DNA of 63,536 nucleotides, filler included, from Reticulomyxa filosa (taxonomy: Eukaryota > Protista > Foraminifera), in the NCBI GenBank assembly GCA_000512085.1. It is 17 parts of 17 records of this genome, joined end to end, with 100 filler letters (N's around TTAATTAATTAA, not from the genome) between each part and the next. Parts side by side here need not be neighbours in the genome. Positions count along the whole stretch, not along the records: positions 40,695 to 42,389 come from ASPP01015017.1; positions 42,490 to 43,989 come from ASPP01034983.1; positions 44,090 to 45,250 come from ASPP01033037.1; positions 45,351 to 46,524 come from ASPP01042133.1; positions 46,625 to 47,788 come from ASPP01002367.1; positions 47,889 to 49,043 come from ASPP01041022.1; positions 49,144 to 55,802 come from ASPP01024044.1; 10 more parts are not named here. One strand, written 5' to 3'. Positions 41,422-54,222 of this stretch are shown here, in pieces. The notes under the pieces were generated by a model. That model did not search any database. It saw nothing but the letters and a program-made list of their open reading frames with translations, and was not told the origin of the DNA. Position 1 is the first letter of the stretch, and each line of letters opens with the position of its first letter. The position numbers and the translations under genes were made by a program.

Positions 41422-41744
41422 GAGAGTGAGTCCGAGGTGCCAAAGTGAACGTGGGATTATACAGTTTTTTTTTTTTCATATGTCTTCTCATTTTTTTTTT
41501 CTCTGTGTCCTGACAAATGCAATCTCCAATTTTTTTTTCTGTACATTTACCAATTTTTAGAACGGTACTTGAAAGTACGACCGTTGTTCCTTTTGTCCCC
41601 TTCCCCCCCCTTTTTTTTTCTTTCCCTTTTTTCTTTTTTCTTCCTTCTTCTCTACGAGATGAACTACCGTCTTGTGACATCCTACTCAGTAGATTTTACA
41701 GTCGCAACAAAACAAAACCAAAACTCGAAAACACGTGCTAAAGA

Positions 41745-42300
41745 ATGTTCTGGACTTGCTGTTGGTTGAGTATTTTGTGCATTAGTGTGGGCTTGTCGTT
41801 ACAACAAGGGCAAAATCCTCACGTGCACGTCCATCCCAAGGATTCCTTTTCTCGCGCAAAGCCTTTGAGATTACCTACTTTAAAAGGATCCGACTATCCC
41901 ATTTTAAGCGCGTCTCCAAGCGTGGTGACCTCTCCTGACGAATATGTAACTGTGAGTTGGTACAACGTCTCATACACGGAAAAATACGATTATATTGCCT
42001 TATTCAAGTTTGGAATTATACCTTTTTTTTTTTTTTTTTTTTTCTTCCCCGCATATTTCCCAAAAGGGTCAGCCATAAATTGTGCAAAAGGTGCGAGAGA
42101 AAAAAAAAAATGTAATGGTTTTGTGGCTACTGTGGCAATAGTGATTCTGATAACCCGATGTTGGTGTACGGACCACCAATTAAATTTAAGTATCTTCCAC
42201 TTGATGGAGAGTACCCCCCATCGAGTGGCCAACTTAAATTTAAGCTGCTCAACCGTCGAACAAACTATATTTTTGTTTACATTTCCGAGAGCGACGGTAC
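41745..42300 (+). CDS. Secreted purple acid phosphatase-like protein, N-terminal Fn3-like domain (3' truncated)
   Basis: Signal peptide; LSASPSVV..EYVTVSW..DYIALF | PPIKFKY..GQLKFKLLNRRTNYIF matches the plant large-PAP N-terminal domain; the catalytic domain is not in the contig. Confidence 0.7.
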
Positions 42301-43189
42301 GTATAAAAATTATTATAATTTTTACTTGTGTTTATTTTTTATTTTTTAAAAAACTCGAAATTGCGCATGCAAAAAAAAAAAAAAAAAAANNNNNNNNNNN
42401 NNNNNNNNNNNNNNNNNNNNNNNNNNNNNNNNNTTAATTAATTAANNNNNNNNNNNNNNNNNNNNNNNNNNNNNNNNNNNNNNNNNNNNCATTCCTTCTT
42501 ATTTAATAATCATTCTTGTTATTGCTTGCAGTCCTCTCTTTTTCTTCTTTTCTGGAATTTCAGAGTCTTTTGTTCATTTTTATGGCCAAAGAACTTGCAC
42601 ATCTTCCCAACTTCCAATCACTAACATTACTGCCATTTATGTTATCATTGGTTTCATTGGATTCAGACTCTACTTCTTCCTAATCCTTTCTTTTTCTTTA
42701 TTGTCTTTTTGTTCCTTTCTGTTGTATATATTCTTCTTGCCATCTACTCCCACATGACGGCAAGAGGATACTGCTCAAGGTCTTTTTTGCAGGAATAGTG
42801 ACAAGAATCAAGTCATATTTCGCACTGTTGACATTTAAGCGTGACTCTTTTCGAGCACTTGATATCTAATGTTATTGTTTTTATTCTTGGCACCAACTCT
42901 AAACATAGAATAGAGCAAAATTAGCATATTGCATACTACCACCTGCAATTAATTCTAGTTATCAGTTTTTTCAAAGACATAAGTGAAAACCAAATTGAAA
43001 CTATAAAATATCAAAATTCAGAAATTTTTTGCGATAAATATAATTGGATAAGAAGGAAATCAGGTGCTGGAAAAATGGGAATGTGAAATTATCATTCCAA
43101 AAAAAAAATTATCAAAAGAAAACACAAACGATCAATATTTTCCAATCACATTATAAAAAAACACTACAACTTGGAACATAGGCTGCGCA

Positions 43190-43930
43190 TATAATCACGA
43201 TATGATCAGATCACCATTTTCAAATTGGTCAATTTTCTTTCAATCCACCATGCATATATTACATGATATGGACCTTCAATTTTTTTTCAAATTATACGCC
43301 ATAAGCATAATGCCACGATCCATACTTTAATGCACGTTGCTGTCGCTATATCATCATTGCTGGGAACTCACGCAGCACCAATAGCAATGTAAATAGCGAC
43401 AACTTGTCCATCTGCAATCCAAACTTCGTGTAGTGTATGTCCATATCCATTTGTACACCTTTAAATGTCTATTCAACATTTCAAGCAACACACATACAAA
43501 TAAATAATCAATATACGTATAAAATGTTATGTTGAATATGTACACAAAAAAAAACTTTTTCAAGCCATGGAGCCAAGCATGATTATAGAGGAAAGAAAAC
43601 AGGCACATAAATGGCCAACCAAATAACAGCAATTCATTGGCTCTTGTTCGAATAGGCATTTTAATTTTAATGACAATATTTCCTCCAAGTCCGTTCAGCC
43701 GTGCAAAATAACAAAGTTGTTATAATTGAAAATTTCGTCCCACCCTCCTTCTGGGAGAATTTGTTCAACTGTTCCAGTGATGTCATATAATGGATGTTTT
43801 CTAAATACAAAGTTCATCCCTCTTGTCGCCCTTGTGACGATGAACACACTTTTGGTCTTGGATAATGATTGTTATTGGACGTATTCGTTTTTCTTTTTCT
43901 TTCTTGCTTTCTTGCGTGTCATGGCCCAAC
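43190..43930 (-). pseudogene. Decayed gene of unknown family
   Basis: Segments EQILPEGGWTKF, LNGLGGNIVIKIKMPIR..GWPFMCLF, GYGHTLHEVWIADGQVVAIY, YGSWHYAYG and EGPYHVIYAWW lie in shifting frames with stops. Confidence 0.4.
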
Positions 43931-44142
43931 TTGATTTTTGAGTGCGTTAAAGATTCATACACAATTCACAATTCAAAACTCACGTTCGANNNNNNNNNNN
44001 NNNNNNNNNNNNNNNNNNNNNNNNNNNNNNNNNTTAATTAATTAANNNNNNNNNNNNNNNNNNNNNNNNNNNNNNNNNNNNNNNNNNNNAAAAAAAAAAG
44101 AAAAAGAAATCAAATATATTCTGTTATTGTCGCATTCACACT

Positions 44143-45010
44143 AACTGATTGGTCGTTTTGTCCGACACTTTGAAGAGTTGGACATCTTTATGCCAAAACT
44201 TGAATTGGCATTGATCATCGTTCACTGGGTGAACTTCAACGACAAAAGCTCTTGATAGATATCCAGCGCGCCTTGCACGACGACATTGACTGGGAAGTAT
44301 TCCTTCACCAAGTTTTCATCCACACCAAATTCCTTTTCCTCGCGAATTCGGATATAATATCTTTTTTTTTAATGTTTGAAATTAAAAAATGTGGATCATT
44401 GAAAATATAAAACATTAACTACTAACGTCACATACACACACCTGAAGTCGTACATCGTCAGACGATTGTCAAATGGATGTCCTTTTGTCTTTGCTTACTC
44501 TTCTTTGAGCTTCAACAAAATCTTGATATCATCGTCGTGCAACTGCTGCAATTGCTTGCTCAAGGTTTTCAAAAACGTTTGGACATTTTCGCTGCTCTTG
44601 GCGACCCTCACTTCCAACACGTGATCGCTGTGACACTTCTTCCCAAGCAACTTGGCTTTCTCACTTCGCAGCTGCACGAGCTCTTCTATTATCGGAGCAT
44701 TCACGTCGTTGCATTTCGAGTCAAACGCTTGTTGCAGCTGTGGCACACAATTATATATATGTATATATATATATTTTTTTGATTATAATATATAAAATAA
44801 TACTTTAAATCTTGTCTTGGAATCGCTGCAAAATCTTTGGATAGGGAAATAGTCGGGATATTTCAAAGTCACTTTGTACTTACCATTGGATTGCTTTCGA
44901 GCAATCATCCAATCTTTTTCCATTCCAGGCAATTCGCTTTCTTCCAATTCAAACGAACTGCTATCTTCATTCAAATTTTGGTTGTACTTAATCTCCAATT
45001 CACTTATTCT
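44143..45010 (-). pseudogene. Thimet oligopeptidase/neurolysin (peptidase M3A) internal fragment with a premature stop and a frameshift
   Basis: NLNED..KYKVTLKYPDYFP, ELVQLRSEKAKLLG, VKEYFPV..LDIYQELLSLKF, WHKDVQLF; TAA at 44495-44497; 1-nt frameshift near 44226. Confidence 0.8.
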
Positions 45011-45350
45011 TTTTTTATGTTTTATTTGGTTTTGATTTAATTCATTTTGATTTAATTTATTTTAATTTGATTTGGTTTGTTCTTACTGTTTCTCCCTTCT
45101 TCATCACTTCATCTATCTCACTCAAAGAGTAGACATACCTTTTCTGCAAGCCCTTCATTTTAATTTCCAGACTTGAGTTTGTTGTTTAGCTCTTTTATCG
45201 GGACATGTTTTTAAGAAGCGAACAGATTGAGTGGCGGCAGCAGCCAAAGCNNNNNNNNNNNNNNNNNNNNNNNNNNNNNNNNNNNNNNNNNNNNTTAATT
45301 AATTAANNNNNNNNNNNNNNNNNNNNNNNNNNNNNNNNNNNNNNNNNNNN

Positions 45351-46524
45351 ATGTCTTTCAATGTTTGATTGATCGACTATCCGATGAAAAGGAATATGAA
45401 TATAAGCGTAGAGAATGTGCAAAATTAATTGGAAAACTCTCAATGAAATGGAATGAAAAACAATTGAATGATGCTTTCAATTCTTTAAAAGACATACTTA
45501 ATAAAGATGATGATCGGGAGTATAGAGAAGCACTTGAGACAATTACAGTGAAATTGTCTGGGAAACAATTCGATAATGCTTTTAATTATTTTATGGATAA
45601 GTTAAATGATAAAAATAAATATCAAAATATTCGTATCAAGTGCATTCAATTACTTGAAAGAATTTCAAATAAATGTAATGAACAACAATTGAATGAAGCT
45701 TTTAACTCTTCAATGCATATATTCACTGATGAAAGTGATGATAATGATGTGCGTGGAGGATGTGCAAAATTACTTGTAACACTTTCAAAGAAATGGAATG
45801 ATAAACAATTGGATATTACTGTTCAATGTTTAATTGATGGATTTCAAAATATAAATGGATATGATGACGATACATCCAGAGATTTACTTGAAGGAATTGC
45901 AGAGAATCGAGAATTGTATGCAAGATCTATTAGAATTCTTTCAACAAAATTAAACAAAAAGCATTTGGATAATGTTTTCGGATGTTTGAATGGATTAAAA
46001 GATGAAAGTGAATGTATTCGTGCATTATGTGAACAACCATTTGAAACAATGTCAACAAAATTGAATGATAGACAATTGGATAGAGTTTTCAGTGCTTTCA
46101 TTCATGGGTTAAAAGATAATAAACGGAATCGTGGATCATGTGCAAAATCACTTGGTATAATTGCAACAAAAGCAAATGAGAAACAACTGGAAGAAGTTAT
46201 CAACGTTTTAATGAGTGGATTAAAAGATGAAGATAAATATGTTCGTGAATCATGTACAGAATCACTTGGAGTAATTTCAGAAAAATTGAATGAGAAACAA
46301 CTGGAAGGAGTTTTCAATGATTTGCCAAATGAGCACTTTGGTTCATATTTCAAAGCACTTGAAGAAATTTCAACGAAATGGAATGAAAAACAATCGGAGA
46401 GGGTTTTCAATGCTTTGATATTTGTTTCCAAACATTCCATCAACACAAACAACTACTCATCTAAAGATGAATCATTGGTGAAATTACTTGAATTAATATC
46501 AACAAAATTGAATGACAAACAATT
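45351..46524 (+). CDS. HEAT/ARM-repeat protein (KLNEKQL-type repeats), both ends truncated
   Basis: Open ~390 aa with ~38-aa repeats K(L/W)N(E/D)KQL..(A/V)F..L..GLKD...VR..CA..L. Confidence 0.85.
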
Positions 46525-46624
46525 NNNNNNNNNNNNNNNNNNNNNNNNNNNNNNNNNNNNNNNNNNNNTTAATTAATTAANNNNNNNNNNNNNNNNNNNN
46601 NNNNNNNNNNNNNNNNNNNNNNNN

Positions 46625-47788
46625 CGAATATCTTTTTGTCTTCAATCCGAAACGATGACTTCGTATGATGAAATAAACGCCAATACATTGCGTGCTAAAA
46701 TATTTACTCTCTGCAAAGAGAAGAATTGAAGAACATAGATGATCACAGTCCAGATTGGAACTATCAAGGCAATACTGTACCGGAGGTGTTTTTGTTTTTT
46801 GTTTACTTTGTTTCTTGATTTGTATATAATCTTGTTTTTACGTATTTCTTGACAACAATAATAACTTGTATACGTATATATTATATTTATTCATTTTTTT
46901 TTAATCAGACCCTGTTGCATATGGAATTGACAACGCTAGAAAACGTCTGAAGCAAGCAGAAACGGAAATGGATCATTCATTGTCGTTGCTGTCGATGAAT
47001 TTGAACAACAAGTATGAAGATGCAACATCTTGGCAATTGGCCCGTCAACAGTACGCATGAAAATTATACAATTTTGAAGATGATATGGAACGAAAAAGAG
47101 TTTTATTGCAGTCGCAAGATATTTACTCGGAAGATCAAAATGCTCAGAAAGAAAGATTATTAGGATTTGAGTTACTAAAAAGACAGAAAATAAATTCATA
47201 ATTACACATAAATAAATACGTAAAAATGAATGCGTATGTACATATTTTCTTTTTTTTGCGAAGACGCGACGGTGAAACAAAAAAATGGAGACAAGTGGAC
47301 AGAGTACAGACAGAAAACAGTGACTGTGCCTGGACATTTGACAATATTTTGAAGATTGTTGTCATATTTTCAGAATTAAATCAGAAATTTCTGTTTTGAT
47401 TATGGAAGAAACAGTTAATCTTTTTTTTAAAAAAAAATGCTGACAAAGCAAAGTCAAAAACAAACAACAATAAAATATAGTGATGTGACAAAACTACATC
47501 AATTGATTTGCATGGCGGGTACGGAGTGTAACAGTTGCAACAAGATTTGCAGCAACATCTGAAAAGTGCAGAAGAATAGACGTGAAGGATTCATTTGCTA
47601 TTTTTGAACGAAATCAATACAAGTCCTGACTTTGGTGCGTTCAAAGAAGTATTTTGTACTAATAGTTTGAAGGGAAGAGAATTTCCAGGCAAATGTTATG
47701 GTCATAGATACATTGAACACTTTCCGAAGTCAACAAATATTACATTGACGACTTGGATAAAGAAATGTGAGATATGTAGAACTTTGGA
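46625..47788 (+). pseudogene. RNF213-like AAA+ module pseudogene fragment
   Basis: TFDNILKIVVIF/FRIKSEISVLIMEET (cf. RNF213 DN.LKILAI..R.R..IPVIIMGETGCGKT), IDLHGG, LLFLNEINTSPDFGAFKEVFCTNSLKG (cf. LFFDEANT......IKEVLCD...G); frameshifted, with Walker A and B degraded. Confidence 0.75.
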
Positions 47789-48071
47789 NNNNNNNNNNNN
47801 NNNNNNNNNNNNNNNNNNNNNNNNNNNNNNNNTTAATTAATTAANNNNNNNNNNNNNNNNNNNNNNNNNNNNNNNNNNNNNNNNNNNNCAATTCCAACGA
47901 GCCATACGCTTTTTTCTTTTTTTTTTTTTTTTGATTTGATTAGTATTTTAATTGAATTGATTCGATTTAGAGAGAGAGAGAGAGGAAGGAAAGAAAAAAA
48001 AAAAAAAAAAAAAAAAGGGGGGCCGCAAAAAAAAAAAAAAAAAAAACTCATTGTTACAAGCAACAAACAGA

Positions 48072-48804
48072 AAAGAGTGCATTAACTGGATCCTCAAAGT
48101 ATTGTGGAGGTACGACTCCTCTCAATTCGACCTGTCGTTGAGATGGACGAAGGGATACCCTGCGTTGCAATACTCTTGCAATCTCTTCCTATTATATATG
48201 ATGTATACATACATATACATACATATATATATCATATATACATATATATATATATGTGTATGTATATGTATATGCGTATGTGCATAGTTGCTCGAATAAG
48301 TGATAGGATTGCAATAGATAAAAAAATAAAAGTAAGGTAATAATATGAATATGCATTTATTATGTGTGATTGCTATCGAAACGGGATTGTAATCTTCATT
48401 CGTGATGACATTGTTGGGCAGAACGTTGGATGTGACAGACGATTCCGTTCCATTTGTGTCTACCCCTTGGCGCAGGTTCACTCGGCTCACTTCTTGACGT
48501 TCCACAAAAATTCCATGGTTCTTTTTGCAATGGAAGTATTCAACTCCATCAATACTGCCGTCCGTTCCTCCTTCCACTTCATGCTCCAATTCTATTCCTA
48601 TCCATTCCCCTTCTTTACCTTTACGCTCTCCAGCATATCGCACAATCCCACGTTGTCCGTCTTTTATTATTGTCGGTCGGCGCTAAAAAAAAAAGATCCA
48701 TTTGAGCTTTCACAATCTTAGACACAATTTATACCTGACAATGTCTCAACATATTCGCCCACTTTCAACGACCATTCGGATAATCTTCTGCCATGCATTG
48801 CCAT
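48072..48804 (-). CDS. CAP-Gly domain protein with an RPEL-like motif (3' truncated)
   Basis: GIVRYAGERKGKEGEWIGIELEHEVEGGTDGSIDGVEYFHCKKNHGIFV; after intron 48190-48382 the exon reads EEIARVLQRRVSLRPSQRQVELRGVVP. Confidence 0.85.
48195..48282. repeat. (TA)n/(TATG)n microsatellite within an intron
   Basis: tatatatatatgtgtatgtatatgtatatg read directly. Confidence 0.85.
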
Positions 48805-49536
48805 CCGTTCTTGTCTCCTCAAAAATAAAAGAAGGAAAGAAAAATGGAGTTTTTTTACTTTTAACAAAGACTTGTAGTTAAAGTAGAATAACTCTTTTCA
48901 GTCAATTGCAATGCTACTTGACTATTTTTATTTTTTTTTAAATTGCAATGTATACCATTTTAATTTACACATAACAGTTAAGTTATGATTTCCACATTCA
49001 CCAACAATAATGTTACAATCAATAAAGAATTTTTTTTTTTTTTNNNNNNNNNNNNNNNNNNNNNNNNNNNNNNNNNNNNNNNNNNNNTTAATTAATTAAN
49101 NNNNNNNNNNNNNNNNNNNNNNNNNNNNNNNNNNNNNNNNNNNTTTTGTTTTGTTTATTTTTAAGATTTAAATTGGAAAATAGACAACCTTTCGAATTTT
49201 TTTTGTTCTCTCCTCCCATTTCTTCCCTTTGTCATTTCTAATATTCGTTTATTCACAATATTGAAAGACAGAATATCAATAATTAATGTCAATCAACATC
49301 AAAATATGTTTTTCATTTGTGAATGTGTGCTGGAGAAAAAAAGAATAGTTTTGCGTATTTTTGTTAGAAAATTTATTAGCATCTCTACAACTTTGACGGT
49401 TTAGATAATTATTGTGCGTGCATTTTGCCGTTAAATTAACTCCAAGTGATACACTTTTTATTTTATTATATGTATTCCCAGATATTTCTTTTCTCTGCGC
49501 AATGTGAAGGAAAAGGAAGGAACTTTCTTGCCAATC

Positions 49537-52500
49537 ATGTTACGAAAACTATGTTCGTGTTGCTCACGAAAAAAACGGAATGAAACTAAAGAAGTTGACG
49601 AAAAAGACCATTCTACAAAAAATGAAGTCAGGAATGACACGAACGAAGAGAAAATGGGCTTGAAAAGCGCAGCTACAGACGCTTTTGGCGAAGACGTAGT
49701 CCGGGTAGAATCGAGAGATAGCAACACAGGGTTTGGTGGGGCAGAGAATGTAATATTTGACAATCAGGGATCAGCACTGTCAAAAACTTCAATCATAGGA
49801 TTGTGGTGTGACCACTTTACCAACAAAAAAGAACAAGAAAATGATAGTGAAAGTAACAGTGAAAGATTAAGCCAAATCCCGTTTGATTTGCACATTAAAT
49901 CAACGTCTTTGTTCGAACAACAAGGCCGGCACTATGTTGGCACAATTGAACTATTGTACGACCATATCTTTCAGCTGTTACCAAATGAGGATGCATCTAT
50001 ACGCAATAAAATTAGTGGAACTATTGTCATCAAAATAATACTGTTTGTCTACTTAAAATCAGGTTCTTTTTTAAATTAAAGTGGTTCAAAAAATAAAATA
50101 AAAAAGAACCACAAAAAAGAAAATGACCCACAAAAAGAAGAAAATGACCAACAACAACAAAAAAAAAAAGGAAATGTAATGGTAGCAACGAAACCATTGA
50201 TGAGTATAAATCAATTGCTATCGCAAAGCTCTTTTGGTTGCATGCACATTCCATTGTACAATGTAGAACTACTTAATCAAGCGTTGTTGCAAATGGATTT
50301 GCCACTGCCTGTTAACGAAATGCTTTTCAATATCAACCAAACCTCCAGCTTAGCCTTTTTTTTCTTTTTCCATTCTCTTTTTTTTTTTTTTGCCATTTAA
50401 ATATCAAAGTCACGATTTAAAAAAAATGGCTACATTTCAAAAACGTGTACACATCATGGTAACCACAAAAAAAAAAAAGGAAGATATACTGCCTATCCAA
50501 AGAACTGGATCGAAACATTATGGAATATACGTTAGCCAAAATGGAGATATTACCATTGCCATTGTTACTCTTATTGAGGTATTTATATTGTTTGCTGGCA
50601 GAGAGAGAGAAAAGAAAAAAAAAAAAAAATCAAAATGAAATATACTGTACATTGTTTCTGTCAAAACTTTTTTTAAAAAAGTTCCATGAACCCTCCCGCT
50701 TTTTCTTGTTTTATGGATATAAATTTAAAAAAAAAAAAAAAAAGGATGACGACCCGTTTTTGAATGGTATTTTTGTTTCAAAAATTCGCTATCACAGCAG
50801 TGGGGTGTACGTATACGACAGCCCATGGCATTACGTGGGAGTAGAGAAAAGTGTCAACCACTTGCAATACGTACAGAAATCGGCGGACACGTTGCAATCG
50901 TATTTATTGATTGGACTAGATCGTTACAACGACGCCACAAGTGACATTGCAAAGAAAGCAAGGGGAAGAAGAGGAGAAGAAGAACAAGAACAGGTGTGGT
51001 CTCCAGAAAGTGTGTTTAATCCACAATGGTGGATTGTGAACACGGTTGGCATGTACACTGCTGTTGGAGGAATCACAGCCGCTTCCACTCCTCAGTTGCA
51101 AATGTCACCGCAGTCACAACCTGCCGTCGAAAGGCTGTACTTCCCACCCTTTCAAAGGCTGAAAGAATGGTACGATCTCTCCTCGACCTTGGACAGCAAC
51201 GTACGGTACCGTTCCAAGTTACTGTCCAAGGCAGTCATGTCTTTCTTATTCAAAGGCGGGCGAAGAAGAATGACCCATTTCATCACGAGTGAAAATACAT
51301 TGCTTAATACCACTGCTACTGCTGACAACGGCAATGGTAATGTTAATGTTAATCCCAGCAATGGCGCTGGAAGTAACGCCGGGGTGGCAGGACGCAAAGA
51401 CTCGATTGCGACATCGCATCCTTTTGTGTTGTGCGTGTATCCATCGTCATTTGTGCTTCCGGAAATGGAAGATGTCGCCATCGGGTCGCAACCGACCAAA
51501 GCGCTGTGGTTTCGACTGCATTTTGTCACCTGTTTCGACTGCCGTGTGCTTACGGTATCGCACTCGCCACAACGTATAACCCCCGCATTGGCGCAACAAC
51601 TGTCCTCTTGCAACCCGTGGCGTGCACGTTGTCGCATTTTGGATTTGTGGTTTGACGAGCACAACAAAGTGATTGTAGTGGTCTATTCATTCTCCGACCC
51701 CTCGCATACAACTGTGGTCAACATTAATGCCTTGCTTGTCAACGCATTCAATGGAGAAGTGTGGAGCAGTATCGTCTTATCCAAAATGTCGTTACCACGC
51801 AGTGACCACACAAGCACAACCACCACGACGCTGAACATCCAAGATTTGATATGTTTTTGCAAAATCACCCCTTGTTCCGACCAGGCCGAACAAACCATTG
51901 TTTTGACTAGTCGTAGCAGTCACAATGGGTTCAGTTCGCTTCCTTCGTCGCCACTCAAGCCAACACAACGATACGTGGAAAAACACGAAACTCGGTCCAA
52001 AGAGGTGGACGAAGACATGTCGAAGGATGAGGATGGTGATGACGACGATAATGGTGGCGGTAACAAGAGTAACAATGATAATACAGCAAATGACAACAAG
52101 GAGAAACAGAAAGAAATGAATGTTGAATTGGAACCACCCAGTCACACTTTATCAAATATTGATAGCAATATTCTTGATGTGGAGCTGGAGGAATACTTTG
52201 AGAAAAAAAAAAAGCAGAAGCAATGGAATTGTTGGAAAAGGATATACGTATGGAACAGACAAGAAATGGCAAGAAAATTCCAAATACTCTCGCACAAGCG
52301 CAATCCACAAATACTAATACAAATTCGAGTGCAAAGGAAAGAAATAGCGGAAAACAAGCCACACGCAGTACGGTACATAACACCTTTGACAAATCCTTAT
52401 CCGAAGTGCGTCAGCTGACGTCCAAACAGTATTTTGTGGATGTCATTTTTCAAAGTGACTTGCAACATATTGAAAGTAAATGCCATACACGTATTGTTAT

Positions 52501-52636
52501 CAGACTCGTTCCCACTTCCAGATCTTTGGAACAAGTTCATATTGTCACTACTATGAATACTGTCCTCGTAGATCTGTATTTGGAAATGGCTCATTTATTC
52601 TTGGGAGAAGAGATGCTTTGGATGCCTTCTTTTTAA
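49537..52636 (+). CDS. Large multi-exon hypothetical protein
   Basis: ORFs 49504-50079, 50179-50400, 50390-50638, 50520-52418 and 52223-52636 chain together through GT-AG introns; probable homopolymer frameshift at the A-run 52203-52213. Confidence 0.65.
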
Positions 52637-54222
52637 TAGATTTTATTTTACTTTTCCTTTTTTTTTTAGACATAAATCAGTCTAAAAGGAATGACATCAA
52701 TGTGTTTGAATTAGTTTTTTTTTTGTTCTTTTTTGATTTAGATCGTTTTTTAATTTCATGTAGCTAGTTTTACCTGCCTTGTTTTTCTTATTTTGTAAAA
52801 TGACGGAAAGGGTTTCTCTGTCAACACTTTTTGCTGGAATGATACTTGTTGATATATTTCCCATATACTTTCACTGTTCAATTTTTGTTGCTGCTCTCAT
52901 TTGCAAGCTCGTTTTGACATGTCCTTGCCAAATTAAAGTTTGTGGATTTTATAGGCTTCAATTGGAACATATCAAAAATGAGCAACATTTTCTTTAGCTT
53001 TATCAGTTCCTTTTCATAGGAGAATCTGCTATGTAATTGCACTATCGTTCCGCTTAGAGATATTGTGTCACTGTTGAATTTTAAAAATAATTATCTGATA
53101 TAACGTCAGTTTAAAATAAATACTTGATAACTTAATATTACATAGTGATTGGCGATATACAATCACAGCTAGAAAAAGACAACCTAAGATGAACACATAT
53201 GAACATTAATGTGTTTATTCCTGAAAAATCGATATGTATTCAAAATTCTTTTGTAGTATGTGTAGTACTAATCATTATCAGAAATCTAAGTGAACATCAG
53301 AACTCACTTTATTCTAATTTACACTAACTAATCAGTCTTTTGTTCTTCTTACTTTTGCTTGTTTGTTCTAGATCGTTATTTTCTCGTTATTTAACAAATT
53401 TCGTTTTGTTGAAAGTTTGCTCAGTAGAGCTAATCAACATTTAGTATTGCATTTTGCAAAGTTCTTTTCAGCAGCAGACATTACACACTTTTAAAAAAAA
53501 TTTATCATTTTTAAAGTTAGTGTATTGCAATGACATACTAATTACAGGAGAAGCTTCATATGAACGAGGGAACCCTTTTTTTCCCTCAACAATCTTCACT
53601 GTCTTTCTTTCACTTTTCTGTTTTTCTGTTTCTTGTCAGTGAGTTGTTCATTTCTTGATTATTTAACTACTTTTATTTGCCTTCTCGAAAACACCTTTTC
53701 GTATTACACTTGGTGATACCTCAATCTTCCTACATTAGTAAAACCTTTTTTGGTCAATTTTTTTAAAGTTTGTTTTTTCGAAAATGATTTTTAGTAATTT
53801 TTAAAACATAGATACATATCTTAAATTTGGTCAGCTTGGTAAAATTAAAGCGAATAATAACTGTTGTTTTGGTGCTAAGAGTATTTACATGTTATATTTC
53901 ACAATAAAAAAAGTGATTGATATAGTACCGTCCAAAAAAAGAGAACAATCCTGAAAAATCAGATTATTTAAAAAGATATTACTTTTTTTCTGAGTCTACT
54001 TAAGGTACAAGTGTAATTTTACATAAATATTGAACTTATACTGTTGTTCAATTGACTAAAATTTGATGTTATGTCTTTGTTAGGAGATATAATTGAAACT
54101 ATTAAATTTTTTGTTGTTATAAAATACTTCACTTTTTAAACTTAATTTTTCACATAAATCAACTTCGATATTATATAATTACTTGACAAGATCTTCAAAA
54201 AGATCTTCATTTACATAAAAGG

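Noticed and set aside
52200-52418. Programmed frameshift at the A-run
   Set aside because: A homopolymer length error is the simpler explanation in this assembly.
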